A stretch of DNA of 64,000 bases from the NCBI GenBank assembly GCA_965200965.1, contig OZ241744.1, positions 2,144,001 through 2,208,000 of the forward strand, given 5' to 3'. A model generated the notes under the pieces. It was not told the origin of the DNA. It did no database searches and saw nothing but the letters and a program-made list of their open reading frames with translations. Source of the DNA: an uncultured Candidatus Binatia bacterium. Its GTDB lineage: Bacteria; Desulfobacterota; Binatia; Bin18. Positions 1-13,865 of the stretch are shown here, piece after piece. How positions within the stretch are numbered: the first letter of the stretch is position 1; every line of letters begins with the position of its first letter. Position numbers and translations under genes: made by a program.

Positions 1-1663
1 TCAGGTGACGCAGGTGGACATGCGAGACACGCTGCCCTTTGGTCTGGGCCTTTTTGACTGCCTCGGCAATGGAGCCATAGGTGCTGCCCCAGCCAACGAC
101 CACCAGCCGGCCGCTGTCCGCTCCCTCAATCCTGGTCGGGGGCATATCCCGGGTCATCAGGTTCAGCTTGCGGACCCGGACTCGCGCCATCTGTTCGTGA
201 TTGGCCGGGGCGTAGCTGATGTTGCCGGTCAGGTAGTCTTTCTCAAGACCGCCGATGCGGTGCTCAAGTCCCGGCGTCCCCGGCCGTACCCAGGGCCGCG
301 CCAGGGTTTCCTCGTCGCGGAGGTAGGGAAAGAAGCCGTGGGGGTCGGTGCGGAACGCAACCGTGATGTCGGGCAAATCGGCAAAGCGGGGCAGCAGCCA
401 CGGTTCTGCGGCGTTGGCCAGAAAGCCGTCGGTCAACAGAATCACCGGGGTCATGTATTTCACCGCCAGGCGGACCGCCTCATAGGCCGTCTCAAAGCAG
501 TCGGCCGGGGTCGCCGCGGCAAGCACCGGAACCGGCGACTCGCCGTGACGGCCATACACAGACTGTAAGAGGTCGGCCTGCTCCGGCTTGGTCGGCATAC
601 CCGTGCTCGGACCGGCACGCTGAATATCGGTAATAATCAGCGGGAGCTCGACCGAGGCCGCCAGGGCCACGGTTTCGGCCTTCAGGTTCATCCCCGGACC
701 AGCCGTGGTGGTCACTGCCACCGCGCCACCAAAGGCGGCCCCGAGGGCGGAGCCGACCCCGGCGATCTCGTCTTCGGCCTGGAAAGTATAGACATTGTAG
801 TTTTTGAGTTCGGCCAACTCATGCAGCACGTCACTGGCCGGGGTAATGGGATAGCTGCCCAGAAAGAGCGGCAGGCCGGCTTTATTGGCCGCGGCCACAA
901 AGCCAATCGCGGTAGCGGTGTTGCCGGTGATACTCCGATAGGTCCCGGGATTGATCTGGGCCGGCCTGATTTCGTACGAGGAGGCAAACAACTCGGTATG
1001 CTCGGCCAGATTATAGCCGCCCTTGAGCGCCAGCGTATTGGCCTCAACGATGTCGGGTGTTCTCTTGAACCGGTTCTGAATCCACTCCAGGGTGGGCTCG
1101 ATGGGACGGGTGAACAGCCAGGAGACCACGCCCAGCGCAAAGAAGTTGCGGCAGCGCATGACCGTGCGGTTCGGCAGGTTCAGGCTTTTGAGGGCCTCGG
1201 TTGTCATCCTGGTGACATCGACCCGGTACACTTGGTACTTGTCAAGCGAGCTGTCCTCCAGCGGGCTGGCCTCATACTGGGCTTTTCTGAGATTGGCCGG
1301 ACTGAACTCGGCCGCGTTGACGATAAGGATACCGTTTGGCTTGAGATCGCCGAGATTGGTCTTGAGGGCGGCCGGATTCATGGCCACCAAGGCGTCAAGA
1401 TCGTCACCCGGGGTGTAGACGGTGTCCTTGCTGAAGTTGACCTGAAAGGCACTCACACCGTACAGCGTTCCAGTCGGTGCCCGAATCTCGGCCGGGAAGT
1501 CTGGCAGGGTGCCAATATCGTTGCCGGCAAAAACGGACTCTGTTGTGAACTGGTTGCCGGTGAGCTGCATACCATCGCCAGAGTCTCCGGCAAAGCGGAT
1601 AACCACCTGGTCCAATTCCTGAACCGGTTTTTCCAGCGGAGCCCCGGCAGGGTTCGTTGCCAT
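1..1663 (-). CDS. korA: 2-oxoacid:acceptor (ferredoxin) oxidoreductase subunit alpha, truncated by the left window edge
   Basis: Not in the ORF track. Manual translation from ATG at 1663 (GAGGAG RBS upstream) gives MATNPAGAPLEKPVQELDQVVIRFAGDSGDGMQLTGNQFT. The reverse complement further down shows YPITPA and QAEDEIAG motifs typical of the alpha subunit. Confidence 0.9.
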   Translation of the reverse strand, partial: MATNPAGAPLEKPVQELDQVVIRFAGDSGDGMQLTGNQFTTESVFAGNDIGTLPDFPAEIRAPTGTLYGVSAFQVNFSKDTVYTPGDDLDALVAMNPAALKTNLGDLKPNGILIVNAAEFSPANLRKAQYEASPLEDSSLDKYQVYRVDVTRMTTEALKSLNLPNRTVMRCRNFFALGVVSWLFTRPIEPTLEWIQNRFKRTPDIVEANTLALKGGYNLAEHTELFASSYEIRPAQINPGTYRSITGNTATAIGFVAAANKAGLPLFLGSYPITPASDVLHELAELKNYNVYTFQAEDEIAGVGSALGAAFGGAVAVTTTAGPGMNLKAETVALAASVELPLIITDIQRAGPSTGMPTKPEQADLLQSVYGRHGESPVPVLAAATPADCFETAYEAVRLAVKYMTPVILLTDGFLANAAEPWLLPRFADLPDITVAFRTDPHGFFPYLRDEETLARPWVRPGTPGLEHRIGGLEKDYLTGNISYAPANHEQMARVRVRKLNLMTRDMPPTRIEGADSGRLVVVGWGSTYGSIAEAVKKAQTKGQRVSHVHLRHL

Positions 1664-1955
1664 GCGTTTGCCCTCCTCACTTGTATAACGATTGTTTGCG
1701 ACAGAGCGGATTCAACCCAGGGCATTTTCCCCAGGGGCCAACGAGGAGACGGTGCCAGGGTATCTGAGACACCCCACCCTGACAAGTTGACCCCCCGGTG
1801 TCAGATCGTCTTTCGCACAATCCTGCGCCTTAGGTTACAAAAAACGGAATGACGAGCGGAGGGGCGGCCTGTATCTGCCCACGGCCACGGCAGTCAGTGA
1901 CGGTATGCGCACAATCTCAGGAGAAAAACCGCCAGACCTGTCCCCAGGCCGCGCT

Positions 1956-2339
1956 TCAGGCCGACACACTCAGCTCGGGCCAGTCGTGCAGCCCGGCTCG
2001 TTCGGCCAGCTGACGGGTTTTCCAGGCCAGCAGGCCCCGGCGGAAGAAGACGGGGTTAATTTCAAACGCCTCGCAGATATTGACGAAAGAGAACAGCCAG
2101 CCCGGCTCGTCGGCCAGGAACCATACCTCGGCTTCGTCGTGGAGTTGGCGGTGTCTGCGGTCCGTCGCCCACAGGTGTTTCTGGAAGCACTCGATCGCGT
2201 CTTCCAGAATCGCCAGCATGAGCCGCCGTTCACCCTCGGCCGGGGCTTTCTGGCGGAGGTCGGCAAAAAACTGCACGGGCAAAAGAATGCTCGGTTCAAA
2301 GAATGGTACAGGATCATCGGCACGGTGTGTGTGTTGCAT
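1956..2339 (-). CDS. Hypothetical protein (small, helical)
   Basis: ATG with AAGGGAG RBS; protein-like sequence (ERRLMLAILEDAIECFQKH...WLFSFVNICEAF); co-oriented with neighbours. Confidence 0.7.
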   Translation of the reverse strand: MQHTHRADDPVPFFEPSILLPVQFFADLRQKAPAEGERRLMLAILEDAIECFQKHLWATDRRHRQLHDEAEVWFLADEPGWLFSFVNICEAFEINPVFFRRGLLAWKTRQLAERAGLHDWPELSVSA

Positions 2340-2447
2340 GGAGCAACTCCCTTGTTGAAGGATTCCTCCTCATCCTCAATCCACCACATCCCCACGTCCC
2401 TCTCCAAATGTGCCGCTCTGTAGAGAGCCCCGGCGGGAGACGACAGG

Positions 2448-2663
2448 TCAGTCTTCATTCTCTTCTTCATATAGTCCGAACCACGCCATTTGTATAGCCT
2501 CCAGCTTGCCTTCGCTCGCATCTTTCGGGTCATCAACGAAGCCGTTGAGTTGCGTCACCCATGTGAGCAGATCGGTAAACCGTATACTCAGCGGCTCGGT
2601 ATCGGGGTAGGTGTCCAGTAATGCCTCGGCAATCTCTTCAACGCTGTCCCAATACAAGGCCAT
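2448..2663 (-). CDS. iscX: Fe-S cluster assembly protein IscX
   Basis: W..EEIAEAL...YPD..P...RFTDL..WV..L.GF.DDP....EGKLEAIQMAW signature; directly after hscA. Confidence 0.95.
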   Translation of the reverse strand: MALYWDSVEEIAEALLDTYPDTEPLSIRFTDLLTWVTQLNGFVDDPKDASEGKLEAIQMAWFGLYEEENED

Positions 2664-2666
2664 TGT

Positions 2667-4493
2667 TTACACCTCGGATACGCGCTTATCGGCAAGGGCG
2701 GCCTGGATCGAGGTATCCATAATCCGCCGGGCGAACGGCTCGGTCGCCTCACTCAGGGCCTCGCTCAGTTCACGAATCCGATCAGAGTCCCGGCCCACGG
2801 TGGCCTCCTGGAGCGCCTTCACCGCGGCATCGATACGGTCGGCTTCGCCCTCCTGGAGGGCCGCGGCATTGTCACGGAGCGTCTTTTCGGTGGCGTTGAG
2901 GATGGTGTCGGCCTCAACCCGGGCCTCAATCAGCAACCGCCGGTTGAAATCCTCCTCGGCGTAATCGATCGATTCTTCGAGCAGTTGCTCAATCTCCTCG
3001 TCATTCAGACCGTAGGACGGCTTGACATCCACAGACCGCTCCCGGCCGGTCCGCAGATCAATTGCCGAAACATTCAGAATGCCGTTGGCGTCGATCATAA
3101 ACGCGACCTCAACCCGGGGGACGCCCGCCGGCTGAGGCTCAATGGGAATGGTAAATCGGGCCAGACTGCGACAGTCCCGGGCCAACTCGCGTTCTCCCTG
3201 GAGGACGTGGACCTCGACCGCGGTTTGGTCGTCCACCGCGGTGGTGAACATTTCTTTGACCATGGCCGGAATGGTGGTGTTACGCTCCAGGAGTTGGCTC
3301 ATCACCCCGCCCATGGTCTCAATACCGAGCGACAGCGGCACGACATCGAGCAGCAGCATGTCTTTGCGCCGCCCGGACAGGGTGTCGGCCTGAATGGCCG
3401 CGCCAAGGGCGACAACTTCGTCTGGATCGAGGTCGGTCAGCGGGGGACGCCCAAAGAACTCTGCCACCCGCTGTCGCACGAGAGGCATCCGGGTGGAGCC
3501 GCCAACCAGGACAACGGCATCAATATCAGCCGCTGCCACCCCGGCATCCCTGAGGGCTTGGCGACACGGCAGCAGGGTGCGGGCAATAATGTCATCCACC
3601 GCGGCCTCCAACTCCCGGCGACTGAGGGACCGCTCAAACTCCCCCCTGTCAGGAAGGCTGAGCGACAGGCTGGCCTGGCGATGGGTCGACAGGGTCTGTT
3701 TGGCCGCTCTGGCCGTGGCCTGCGCCCGGCTCAAGACCCGTGGGTCGGCCCACAGTTCTTCCGCCAATTCATCCAGCACAAAGCGCTGGGCAATGCGCTG
3801 GTCAATATCGTCCCCGCCCAGCCGGGTATCGCCGTTGGTTGCCACGACCTCAAAAATACCCGTGCGGAGGCGCAGAAGAGAGATATCAAAGGTCCCGCCA
3901 CCGAAATCATACACGGCAATGAGCCCTTCCTCTCGCTTATCCAGACCATAGGCGAGCGAGGCCGCGGTCGGCTCGTTGACCAAGCGAATGACCTCGAGGC
4001 CGGCCAGCCGACCGGCGTCTTTGGTGGCCTGACGCTGCGAGTCGTTAAAGTAGGCTGGAACCGTAATCACGACCTTGTTGATCGGTTCGTGCAGGGCTGC
4101 CTCAGCCCGTTCGCGGAGCGTGCGCAGAAGAGCGGCAGAAATCTCGGGCGGGGTATAGGAGCGGTCGTGTACGGCAAAGCGGACGAGGGCCTGCTTGTTT
4201 TCCTCCCCGGCGTCTCGGGCAAAAGCGTAGCGGCGACGGTCTTCGTCACTGACATGCTCCATCCCCAGGCCCATGAAACGCTTGACCGAGCGCAGCGTGG
4301 TCAGGGGATGGGCGGCTTCGCGCTCAACGGCCGGCTGGCCGACCAGGGCGCTTCCATCCGGGAGAAAGCTGACCACCGACGGGAGCAGGCTGCTGCCGGT
4401 GTGGGCGTCGGCCAGCACACGGGGGGTGTCTTCATGCGTATAGGCAATCAGACTATTGGTGGTGCCGAGATCAATACCGACTATGCGTTCCAC
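2667..4493 (-). CDS. hscA: Fe-S protein assembly chaperone HscA (Hsp70 family)
   Basis: [26 protein letters not shown] and VGGSTRMP motifs; VKPSYGL C-terminal HscA motif; between hscB and iscX. Confidence 0.93.
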   Translation of the reverse strand: MERIVGIDLGTTNSLIAYTHEDTPRVLADAHTGSSLLPSVVSFLPDGSALVGQPAVEREAAHPLTTLRSVKRFMGLGMEHVSDEDRRRYAFARDAGEENKQALVRFAVHDRSYTPPEISAALLRTLRERAEAALHEPINKVVITVPAYFNDSQRQATKDAGRLAGLEVIRLVNEPTAASLAYGLDKREEGLIAVYDFGGGTFDISLLRLRTGIFEVVATNGDTRLGGDDIDQRIAQRFVLDELAEELWADPRVLSRAQATARAAKQTLSTHRQASLSLSLPDRGEFERSLSRRELEAAVDDIIARTLLPCRQALRDAGVAAADIDAVVLVGGSTRMPLVRQRVAEFFGRPPLTDLDPDEVVALGAAIQADTLSGRRKDMLLLDVVPLSLGIETMGGVMSQLLERNTTIPAMVKEMFTTAVDDQTAVEVHVLQGERELARDCRSLARFTIPIEPQPAGVPRVEVAFMIDANGILNVSAIDLRTGRERSVDVKPSYGLNDEEIEQLLEESIDYAEEDFNRRLLIEARVEADTILNATEKTLRDNAAALQEGEADRIDAAVKALQEATVGRDSDRIRELSEALSEATEPFARRIMDTSIQAALADKRVSEV

Positions 4494-5197
4494 GATATCC
4501 CGGTTTCCTTTTCCACATCTCGTAAGAGGGTCCGCAAATAGGCCAACTCGGACAGGACGCTTTTCAGTTCGGCCAGCAGAACAGACGACTCGCCTTTCAA
4601 AGACGAATCATCCTGACCGTTTCCAGGGGGAAGAGAGGATGATTCGCCTTTCTGGTTCTGCCAGTCAGAAAAGTGCCGAACCAGGGCGGCTTGTACGCCA
4701 GCCAGTCGCTCTTTGAGCTGGGTCTGTAGCCCGGTCAGGGCGCTGTCAACTTCGGCCTCTCTGCCCGCCCGGCGGGCGTCTCGGAGTTCTTCGAGCTGTT
4801 CCTGAACCGAAAAGACCACGCTCGCCAGCTGGGGCGGTACCCGGTTATTGTTCGTGCCGAGTTTCTCGCCGTGGAGTTCCAGCCAATACACCCCCCGCTG
4901 GACAGGATCGCGCAAGGTGCGGTAGGCACGGTTTACAAGCGCGCTATTGGTCAGGCTGGCCTCTTGTTCCTGGGCGCTGGCGGTCTGGTAGAGATCGGGA
5001 TGGAGACGCCGGCTCAACGCATAATAGCGGCTGGACAGGGCGGCTTCATCAAGCCTCAGATTCCGCTCCAGCCCCAAGACCCGGAAATAGTCAAGGTGGG
5101 CCGGGAGCGGCTGGATCGCCTCGCAGCGTGGACAAAAGGCCGTCACCAAGCCCTCGCTGTGGCAGTGCCAGCACAGCATCGTCTCAGGAGCAGCCAT
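4481..5197 (-). CDS. hscB: Co-chaperone HscB with N-terminal CxxC-CxxC domain
   Basis: J-domain HPD motif, [12 protein letters not shown]-terminal ELAYL; isc context. Confidence 0.93.
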   Translation of the reverse strand: MAAPETMLCWHCHSEGLVTAFCPRCEAIQPLPAHLDYFRVLGLERNLRLDEAALSSRYYALSRRLHPDLYQTASAQEQEASLTNSALVNRAYRTLRDPVQRGVYWLELHGEKLGTNNNRVPPQLASVVFSVQEQLEELRDARRAGREAEVDSALTGLQTQLKERLAGVQAALVRHFSDWQNQKGESSSLPPGNGQDDSSLKGESSVLLAELKSVLSELAYLRTLLRDVEKETGISWNA

Positions 5198-5221
5198 GAA
5201 CGACACACAGGCCAGGAGCAG

Positions 5222-5563
5222 CTACACGGAGAAAGAACTGCCGCAGCCGCACGAGCGTTTGACGTTGGGATTATTGAGCTTGAAGCCGGAGTCCATCAGA
5301 CTTTCGGAGTAGTCGAGCTCGGTGCCCCGGAGATATAAAAAGCTTTTGCGGTCAACCAGAACTCTGGCATTGTCCCGCTCAAACACCCGGTCCCCCTTGC
5401 GTTCGGCGTCAAGGTTCATTTTGTACGACAGCCCCGAACACCCGCCGCCGACGACCTTCACCCGCAGGCCCTGTCCCTCCACATCCTGTTGACTGACCAG
5501 GGCCTGGATCTTCTGAACCGCATTGTCGCTGATGTCGATTTTCAGTTTTGCCGGCTGTGCCAT
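5222..5563 (-). CDS. iscA: Iron-sulfur cluster assembly accessory protein (IscA/HesB family)
   Basis: GGCSGLSY and NPNVKRSCGCGSSF motifs; ATG at 5563 with AAGGA RBS. Confidence 0.93.
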   Translation of the reverse strand: MAQPAKLKIDISDNAVQKIQALVSQQDVEGQGLRVKVVGGGCSGLSYKMNLDAERKGDRVFERDNARVLVDRKSFLYLRGTELDYSESLMDSGFKLNNPNVKRSCGCGSSFSV

Positions 5564-5577
5564 AGCGTTGTCCTTGC

Positions 5578-6798
5578 TCAGGCTGTTTTCCACTGCACAG
5601 ATTTGAGGTCAATACCCTCTCTGGCCATCTCATACAGGGGCGACAGTTCGCGCAGCCGCTGCACCACCTCAACGATGCGTCTGGCCACGCTATCGACTTC
5701 CTCCCCGGTATTGAAGCGGCCCAGTCCGAAGCGGATTGAGGTATGGGCCAACTCTTCCCCCACACCGAGCGCTTTCAACACATAGGAAGGCTCCAAGGTC
5801 GCTGAGGTACAGGCCGACCCGGAGGACAGGGCCACATCCTTGTTGATGCCCATCAGCAGCGATTCGCCCTCCACATACGAAAAGCTCAGGTTCAGGTTGC
5901 CGGGCAGGCGTTGGGTCGGATGTCCGTTCAGGTAGACTTCTTCCAGCTCCCGGGTAATGCCGTCGTGCAGGCGGGTGCGCAAACCGATGAGTGTGGCCGC
6001 TTCGGTCTCCAACTCCCGGCCGGCCAGCTGGCACGCCTTACCAAAGCCGACAATACCGGGCACATTCAGCGTACCGGACCGCATGCCACGCTCGTGCCCC
6101 CCCCCGTCGATGAGCGGGGTGAGCCGCACCCGCGGCCCTTTGGCCCGCACATAGAGGGCACCGCAGCCCTTGGGACCGTAGAGCTTGTGGGCCGTCATGG
6201 ACAACAGGTCAATGCCGTCCTGTTCAACATCCATCGGGATTTTGCCCACCCCCTGGGTGGCGTCGCAGTGAAAGAGCACCCCCCGGTCTTTGGCAATCCT
6301 GCCAATCTCACGAACCGGATGCAGGGTGCCGATTTCGTTGTTGGCGGCCATGATGGTAATGAGCACCGTTTTATCGGTGATGGCGTTTTCGACGTCGTCC
6401 GGGCTGACCATGCCGTATTGGTCAACCGGCAGATAGCTCACCTCGGCCTTGCCAGTCCGTTCCAAAGCCTTGCAGGGGTCAAGCACCGCCTTGTGTTCGG
6501 TCACACAGGTGATGATGTGATTGCCCTTCTCTCTATAGAACTCAGCCACGCCTTTGATGGCCAGATTGTCGGACTCTGTCGCCCCGCTGGTAAAGATGAT
6601 TTCCTTGGGCTTGGCCCCGATGGTCCGGGCAATCTGGCTGCGGGCAGTATCAACCGCCTCTTCAGCCGCCCAGCCAAAGGGATGGTTACGGCTGGCAGCA
6701 TTGCCAAAGTGCTCGCTGAAGTACGGCAGCATTGCCTCTAACACCCGTGGGTCCATTGGGGTAGTAGCCTGATTATCCATATAAATCGGCTGATGCAT
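5578..6798 (-). CDS. iscS: Cysteine desulfurase IscS
   Basis: [19 protein letters not shown] (PLP lysine), SSGSACTS catalytic Cys, SPLYEM...IDLKSVQW C-terminus. Confidence 0.97.
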   Translation of the reverse strand: MHQPIYMDNQATTPMDPRVLEAMLPYFSEHFGNAASRNHPFGWAAEEAVDTARSQIARTIGAKPKEIIFTSGATESDNLAIKGVAEFYREKGNHIITCVTEHKAVLDPCKALERTGKAEVSYLPVDQYGMVSPDDVENAITDKTVLITIMAANNEIGTLHPVREIGRIAKDRGVLFHCDATQGVGKIPMDVEQDGIDLLSMTAHKLYGPKGCGALYVRAKGPRVRLTPLIDGGGHERGMRSGTLNVPGIVGFGKACQLAGRELETEAATLIGLRTRLHDGITRELEEVYLNGHPTQRLPGNLNLSFSYVEGESLLMGINKDVALSSGSACTSATLEPSYVLKALGVGEELAHTSIRFGLGRFNTGEEVDSVARRIVEVVQRLRELSPLYEMAREGIDLKSVQWKTA

Positions 6799-6879
6799 GA
6801 CGATGCTCCTCACATGTTCGCAGGGGAGTCAGGTAAAGTAGACCTTACAGGTCAAAGATACGTCAGATCCGTGTGGCTG

Positions 6880-9393
<2,514 letters not shown>

Positions 9394-9402
9394 CGGCTCA
9401 GG

Positions 9403-10968
9403 CTAGCAAATTTTTGTCGCCGGGACAGGTGACTCGGGCTGGCGTCGCCAAGCTAACACCGGATGCCGGGCCGCCCGGGTTTCATCCAGGCGACCCACCG
9501 GCGTTGCGGTCGGCGCGGCTGTGAGCCGCTGCGGCTCGTCCCTGGCCTCCCGGGCAATGGCCAAGAGCGCGTCGGCAAAGGCATCAAGCGTCTCTTTGGT
9601 CTCGGTTTCGGTCGGCTCCATCATCAACGCCCCGCTCACAACCAGCGGAAAATAGATCGTCGGAGCGTAAAAACCGTAATCGAGCAGGCGCTTGGCGATA
9701 TCCAGGGTCTTGACCCCAGTGTGCTGAAAAGAACGGTCGGAAAACACACACTCGTGCAGACACGGGGAGGGCGAGGCCGACTGATAGGCAGATTCCAGGC
9801 GTTTCCGCAAGTAGTTGGCGTTCAGGACGGCCATCCGGGTGGCCCGGCTGAGCCCGTTGCCTCCCATCGCCAGGATGTAGGCGTAGGCGCGGACCAGGAT
9901 GCCGAAATTCCCAAAAAAGGACCGCACACGGCCAATTGAGCGCGGAAAATCCTCACTCCAGCGGTAGGTCAGACCGTCAGCGACCACGCGCGGGAGCGGC
10001 AGATAGGGTTCGAGGAGCTTTTTGACCCCGACCGGACCCGCGCCCGGCCCGCCCCCGCCGTGCGGAGTTGAAAACGTCTTGTGCAGATTGAACTGGATGA
10101 CATCCGCTCCCATGTGACCCGGTTTTGCCACGCCCATCAGCGCATTAAGATTTGCCCCGTCCAGATAGACCAGGGCACCCTGGGCGTGTACAATCCCGGC
10201 AATCTCGGTAATCTCCCGCTCAAACAGCCCCAGGGTATTGGGATTGGTGACCATCAGGGCAGCAACGTCGCTATCCACATAGTGGCTGACGGTGGCCGCT
10301 TCGAGCGTGCCGTCTGGTCCGGCCGGGACCTCAGCCACCGCGTAGCCGCACAGCGCGGCAGAGGCCGGGTTGGTGCCGTGGGCGCTGCCCGGAATGAGCA
10401 CTGTTGTGCGGGGCCGGCCCTGCTCGACATGGTAGGCCCGAATGAGCTTCATGCCGGTCAGCTCGCCCTGAGCCCCGGCTGCGGGTTGCAGGCTGATCGC
10501 ATCCATGCCGCTGATTTCGGCCAGGCTGTGCTCGAGACGGGCGACGAGTTCCAGCGCGCCCTGGGCATATTCGACCGGCATGAGCGGATGGAGTTGGGCA
10601 AAGCCGGCCAGGCGGGCCACCACCTCGTTGACGAGCGGGTTATACTTCATGGTGCAGGAGCCGAGCGGATACAGGGTGGTCGCCGCACTGAAATTCCACT
10701 GCGAGAGCCGGGTAAAATGGCGGACCACCTCCCCCTCGCTGACCTCAGGAAAATCCTCAAGCTCCGCCCGACACAGCTCGGGCGGCAAATCCTGAACGCT
10801 GTCGCGGACCGGAATATCGTCCAGGGGCAGAGAATAGCCGATGCGTCCGGGCGAGCCACGCTCGACAATCAACGGTTCGCTCAGAACAGACCGCTTGGGC
10901 GGCCCAGAGGCGGGCGGGCTTGGAACCTGCCGGCTTCGGCCACGCGGCAACTTGGAGCGTTTTTCCAT
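9403..10968 (-). CDS. gcvPB: Glycine dehydrogenase (decarboxylating) subunit 2
   Basis: [47 protein letters not shown]. Confidence 0.97.
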   Translation of the reverse strand: MEKRSKLPRGRSRQVPSPPASGPPKRSVLSEPLIVERGSPGRIGYSLPLDDIPVRDSVQDLPPELCRAELEDFPEVSEGEVVRHFTRLSQWNFSAATTLYPLGSCTMKYNPLVNEVVARLAGFAQLHPLMPVEYAQGALELVARLEHSLAEISGMDAISLQPAAGAQGELTGMKLIRAYHVEQGRPRTTVLIPGSAHGTNPASAALCGYAVAEVPAGPDGTLEAATVSHYVDSDVAALMVTNPNTLGLFEREITEIAGIVHAQGALVYLDGANLNALMGVAKPGHMGADVIQFNLHKTFSTPHGGGGPGAGPVGVKKLLEPYLPLPRVVADGLTYRWSEDFPRSIGRVRSFFGNFGILVRAYAYILAMGGNGLSRATRMAVLNANYLRKRLESAYQSASPSPCLHECVFSDRSFQHTGVKTLDIAKRLLDYGFYAPTIYFPLVVSGALMMEPTETETKETLDAFADALLAIAREARDEPQRLTAAPTATPVGRLDETRAARHPVLAWRRQPESPVPATKIC

Positions 10969-10991
10969 AGCGGCCCCGTCTGTCGCAAGAC

Positions 10992-12341
10992 CTAAGCGCC
11001 AGCCCCAAGTCCGTGGGCCAGCCGCTCAATATCCGCCCTGGGGTGTGTTTCGGTCACACACACCAGTACACAGTCGGACAGCTCTGGATACCACTCGGCC
11101 AGCGGCAGACCAGCGACCAGACCCTCGGCCTTGAGACGCTGCCAGACGGCTTCGGCATGGGGCACGCGCAGGACAAACTCGTTAAAGAACGGTGCCGAAA
11201 AACGCGCCTGACACGGGCTGTGGTGGGTCAGCACCTCTTGGGCGTAATGGCTCCTGGTGACATTCTGCCGGGCCAACTGGCGCAGCCCCCGGCGGCCCAG
11301 CAGGCACAGAAAGACCGTCACGGCCAGGGCACACAAGCCCTGGTTGGTGCAGATATTTGACGTTGCCCGCTCGCGGCGGATATGTTGTTCACGCGTCGCC
11401 AGGGTCAGGACAAAGCCGCGGCGTCCGTCCCGGTCGAGCGTCTCGCCAACCAGCCGACCGGGCATAGCGCGCAGGTATTGCTGGCGGCAGGCAAACAGAC
11501 CGATCCCCGGCCCGCCATAACTCATCGGAATCCCCAGGCTCTGTCCCTCGGCCACCGCAATATCCACTCCGAGTTCCCCCGGTGACTTGAGCAGCCCCAG
11601 CGCCAGCGATTCGGCTGTCGCGCTGATGACCAGGCCACCGCACTGATGGACCGCCCGGCTGACAGCCCCGACATCCTCAACAATGCCAAACACGTTCGGA
11701 TAGCCGATGACCGCAGCGACCAGCGTGTCATCCAAGTGGTCTCGCAGGACTGCGGCGTCCACCCGCCCGTCTTCGGCCCACGGCAACTCAGCGAGCTGAA
11801 CGCCGGGGAAACCGTCCACATAGGTCTGCATGACCTGTCGGTACTGGGGATGGAGGGCTCTGGAGACCAGCACTTTTGAACGCTTGGGCAGGATGCGTTT
11901 GGCCATCAAGACCGCCTCGGCGGTGGCCGAAGCCCCATCATACATACTGGCATTGGCGACATCTACACCGAACAGGCCCGCAATCAGGGACTGGAACTCG
12001 AACATCGCTTGCAGCGTCCCCTGGCTGACCTCGGGCTGATACGGGGTATAGGCGGTCGCAAACTCTCCCCGCTGTATGATCTGGTCAACAACGGCCGGGA
12101 CGCCGTGGGGGTAGGCACCGGCACCCAGAAAAACTACGGCCGCGGGGTCGCCGAGGTTCTGGCCGGCCAACTCGGTCAAACGGCCCCTCAGGTCGGCCTC
12201 AGACAGTCCCGGCGGGAGATCGATATGCGCCTTGGCTCGCAGAGCGTCCGGCAGGTGGGCAAACAGCGCATCAACAGACCGGAGCCCGAGGGCCGCCAGC
12301 ATGGACTCAATATCGTGCTCAGTGTGAGGGATGTAGCGCAT
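10992..12341 (-). CDS. gcvPA: Glycine dehydrogenase (decarboxylating) subunit 1
   Basis: MRYIPHT start, TAYTPYQPEVSQG, NASMYDGA, TREQHIRRERATSNICTNQ. Confidence 0.97.
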   Translation of the reverse strand: MRYIPHTEHDIESMLAALGLRSVDALFAHLPDALRAKAHIDLPPGLSEADLRGRLTELAGQNLGDPAAVVFLGAGAYPHGVPAVVDQIIQRGEFATAYTPYQPEVSQGTLQAMFEFQSLIAGLFGVDVANASMYDGASATAEAVLMAKRILPKRSKVLVSRALHPQYRQVMQTYVDGFPGVQLAELPWAEDGRVDAAVLRDHLDDTLVAAVIGYPNVFGIVEDVGAVSRAVHQCGGLVISATAESLALGLLKSPGELGVDIAVAEGQSLGIPMSYGGPGIGLFACRQQYLRAMPGRLVGETLDRDGRRGFVLTLATREQHIRRERATSNICTNQGLCALAVTVFLCLLGRRGLRQLARQNVTRSHYAQEVLTHHSPCQARFSAPFFNEFVLRVPHAEAVWQRLKAEGLVAGLPLAEWYPELSDCVLVCVTETHPRADIERLAHGLGAGA

Positions 12342-12354
12342 GCCGGCGGCTTCC

Positions 12355-12756
12355 CTAGTCTTCCTGGTCAGACTGATCCTGTTCGACAAACGCGGTGTAT
12401 TCTTCGGCGTCCATCAGGTCTTCGAGCTCATCCGGCTCACTGATTTGAATCCCGATCATCCAGGCATCACCGTAGGGATCATCGTTAACCATTTCTGGAC
12501 TGCTGGGCAGGTCGACATTGACCTCAACCACCGTTCCACTCACCGGCGAAAATATGTCAGAGACCGCTTTGACCGACTCGATCACCCCAAACGGCTCTTC
12601 CTTCTGCACGGCTGTCCCCACCTCGGGCAGCTCAACATACACGACATCGCCGAGTTGGTCCTGGGCATAGTCGGTGATACCCACCCGCGCAATACCCTCC
12701 TCAACAGCGACCCATTCGTGTTCGCTTGAATAGCGCAGCTCTTTTGGAACGTCCAT
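12355..12756 (-). CDS. gcvH: Glycine cleavage system H protein
   Basis: HEWV, GITDYAQDQLGDVVYVELP, lipoyl-lysine motif ESVKAVSD; ATG at 12756 with AGGAGG RBS. Confidence 0.97.
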   Translation of the reverse strand: MDVPKELRYSSEHEWVAVEEGIARVGITDYAQDQLGDVVYVELPEVGTAVQKEEPFGVIESVKAVSDIFSPVSGTVVEVNVDLPSSPEMVNDDPYGDAWMIGIQISEPDELEDLMDAEEYTAFVEQDQSDQED

Positions 12757-12773
12757 CGAAACCTCCTGACCCC

Positions 12774-13862
12774 CTACTCCTTTCTCCTCCGGTAGAACGG
12801 CCGGCTCACGACCCGGGCCCGGACCTGACGACCACGGATTTCCACCCACAACTCCATGCCTGGGACCGCCTCCGCCGGGCCGTATCCCAGGCCGATACCG
12901 ACCCCTAAGCTCGGAGACCGGGTTCCGCTCGTGATACGGCCGACCGTCCGCCCGTGTACCACCAGCGGATAGCCAGACCGCGGAATACCCCGCTCTTCCA
13001 TCTGTAGTCCAAGCAGCTTTTTCGTCACCCCACGCTCTTTGTGCCGCAACAGGGCCGGGCGGCCGATAAATGCTCCGCTCTCAAAGCGCACGAGGCGCGA
13101 CAGCCCGGCTTCAAAGGGTGAGATGTGGCTGTCCATGTCCTGTCCGTACAACATATAGCCGGCTTCGAGCCGGAGGGTATCGCGCGCGCCAAGACCAACC
13201 GGCACGAGACCGTCGGCCCGGCCCGCCTCCAGACACGCCGCCCACACGCGCTCGGCACGCTCGGCAGGCACAAACAGCTCAAAGCCATCTTCTCCTGTAT
13301 AGCCAGTCCGGGCCACAAGTCCAGCCACCCCGGCCAGCTCGCCCGCGGCGCACCAGTAGTACCGCAAGGCGGACAGGTCTACAGGCGTGAGGCGGTGCAG
13401 GATCGCCGCGGCGCGCGGCCCCTGGAGGGCAAGCAGGGCTGTCTCGGCAGTCCGGTTGAGCAACTCGGCACGACCCCGGTTGTGCTGGCCAAACCAGTCG
13501 AAATCAACCCCAATCCGGGTCGCGTTGACACACACAGCATACCGCTCCGGGGCGAGCCGATAGACGAGCACATCGTCAATAATCCCCCCGTCGGCGTTGC
13601 ACAAGAGGCTGTACTGGGCCTGACCGGTGGCCAGCCGGGCCACATCGCTCACCAGGAGTTCCTGGCACACTTCCAGGGCGCGAGGACCACGGAGTTCGAT
13701 CTCGCCCATATGGCTGAGGTCAAACAGCCCGGCCCGGGTCCGCACCGCCCGGTGTTCGGCCACAATACCTGAGTACTGGACGGGCATGTCCCAGCCTCCA
13801 AAGACGGTAAAGCGCGCCCCCAAAGCGCGGTGGGTGTCGTACAGGGGGGTCCGTGCTGGCAT
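12774..13862 (-). CDS. gcvT: Glycine cleavage system aminomethyltransferase T
   Basis: FGGWDMPVQY, GLFDLSHMGE, RTGYTGEDGFE, GLGARDTLRLEAG. Confidence 0.97.
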   Translation of the reverse strand: MPARTPLYDTHRALGARFTVFGGWDMPVQYSGIVAEHRAVRTRAGLFDLSHMGEIELRGPRALEVCQELLVSDVARLATGQAQYSLLCNADGGIIDDVLVYRLAPERYAVCVNATRIGVDFDWFGQHNRGRAELLNRTAETALLALQGPRAAAILHRLTPVDLSALRYYWCAAGELAGVAGLVARTGYTGEDGFELFVPAERAERVWAACLEAGRADGLVPVGLGARDTLRLEAGYMLYGQDMDSHISPFEAGLSRLVRFESGAFIGRPALLRHKERGVTKKLLGLQMEERGIPRSGYPLVVHGRTVGRITSGTRSPSLGVGIGLGYGPAEAVPGMELWVEIRGRQVRARVVSRPFYRRRKE

Positions 13863-13865
13863 CGC

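Noticed and set aside
5-1852. Plus-strand ORFs 5..568 and 821..1852, and similar long antisense ORFs throughout the window
   Set aside because: Shadow frames of well-supported genes on the opposite strand, expected in high-GC DNA.
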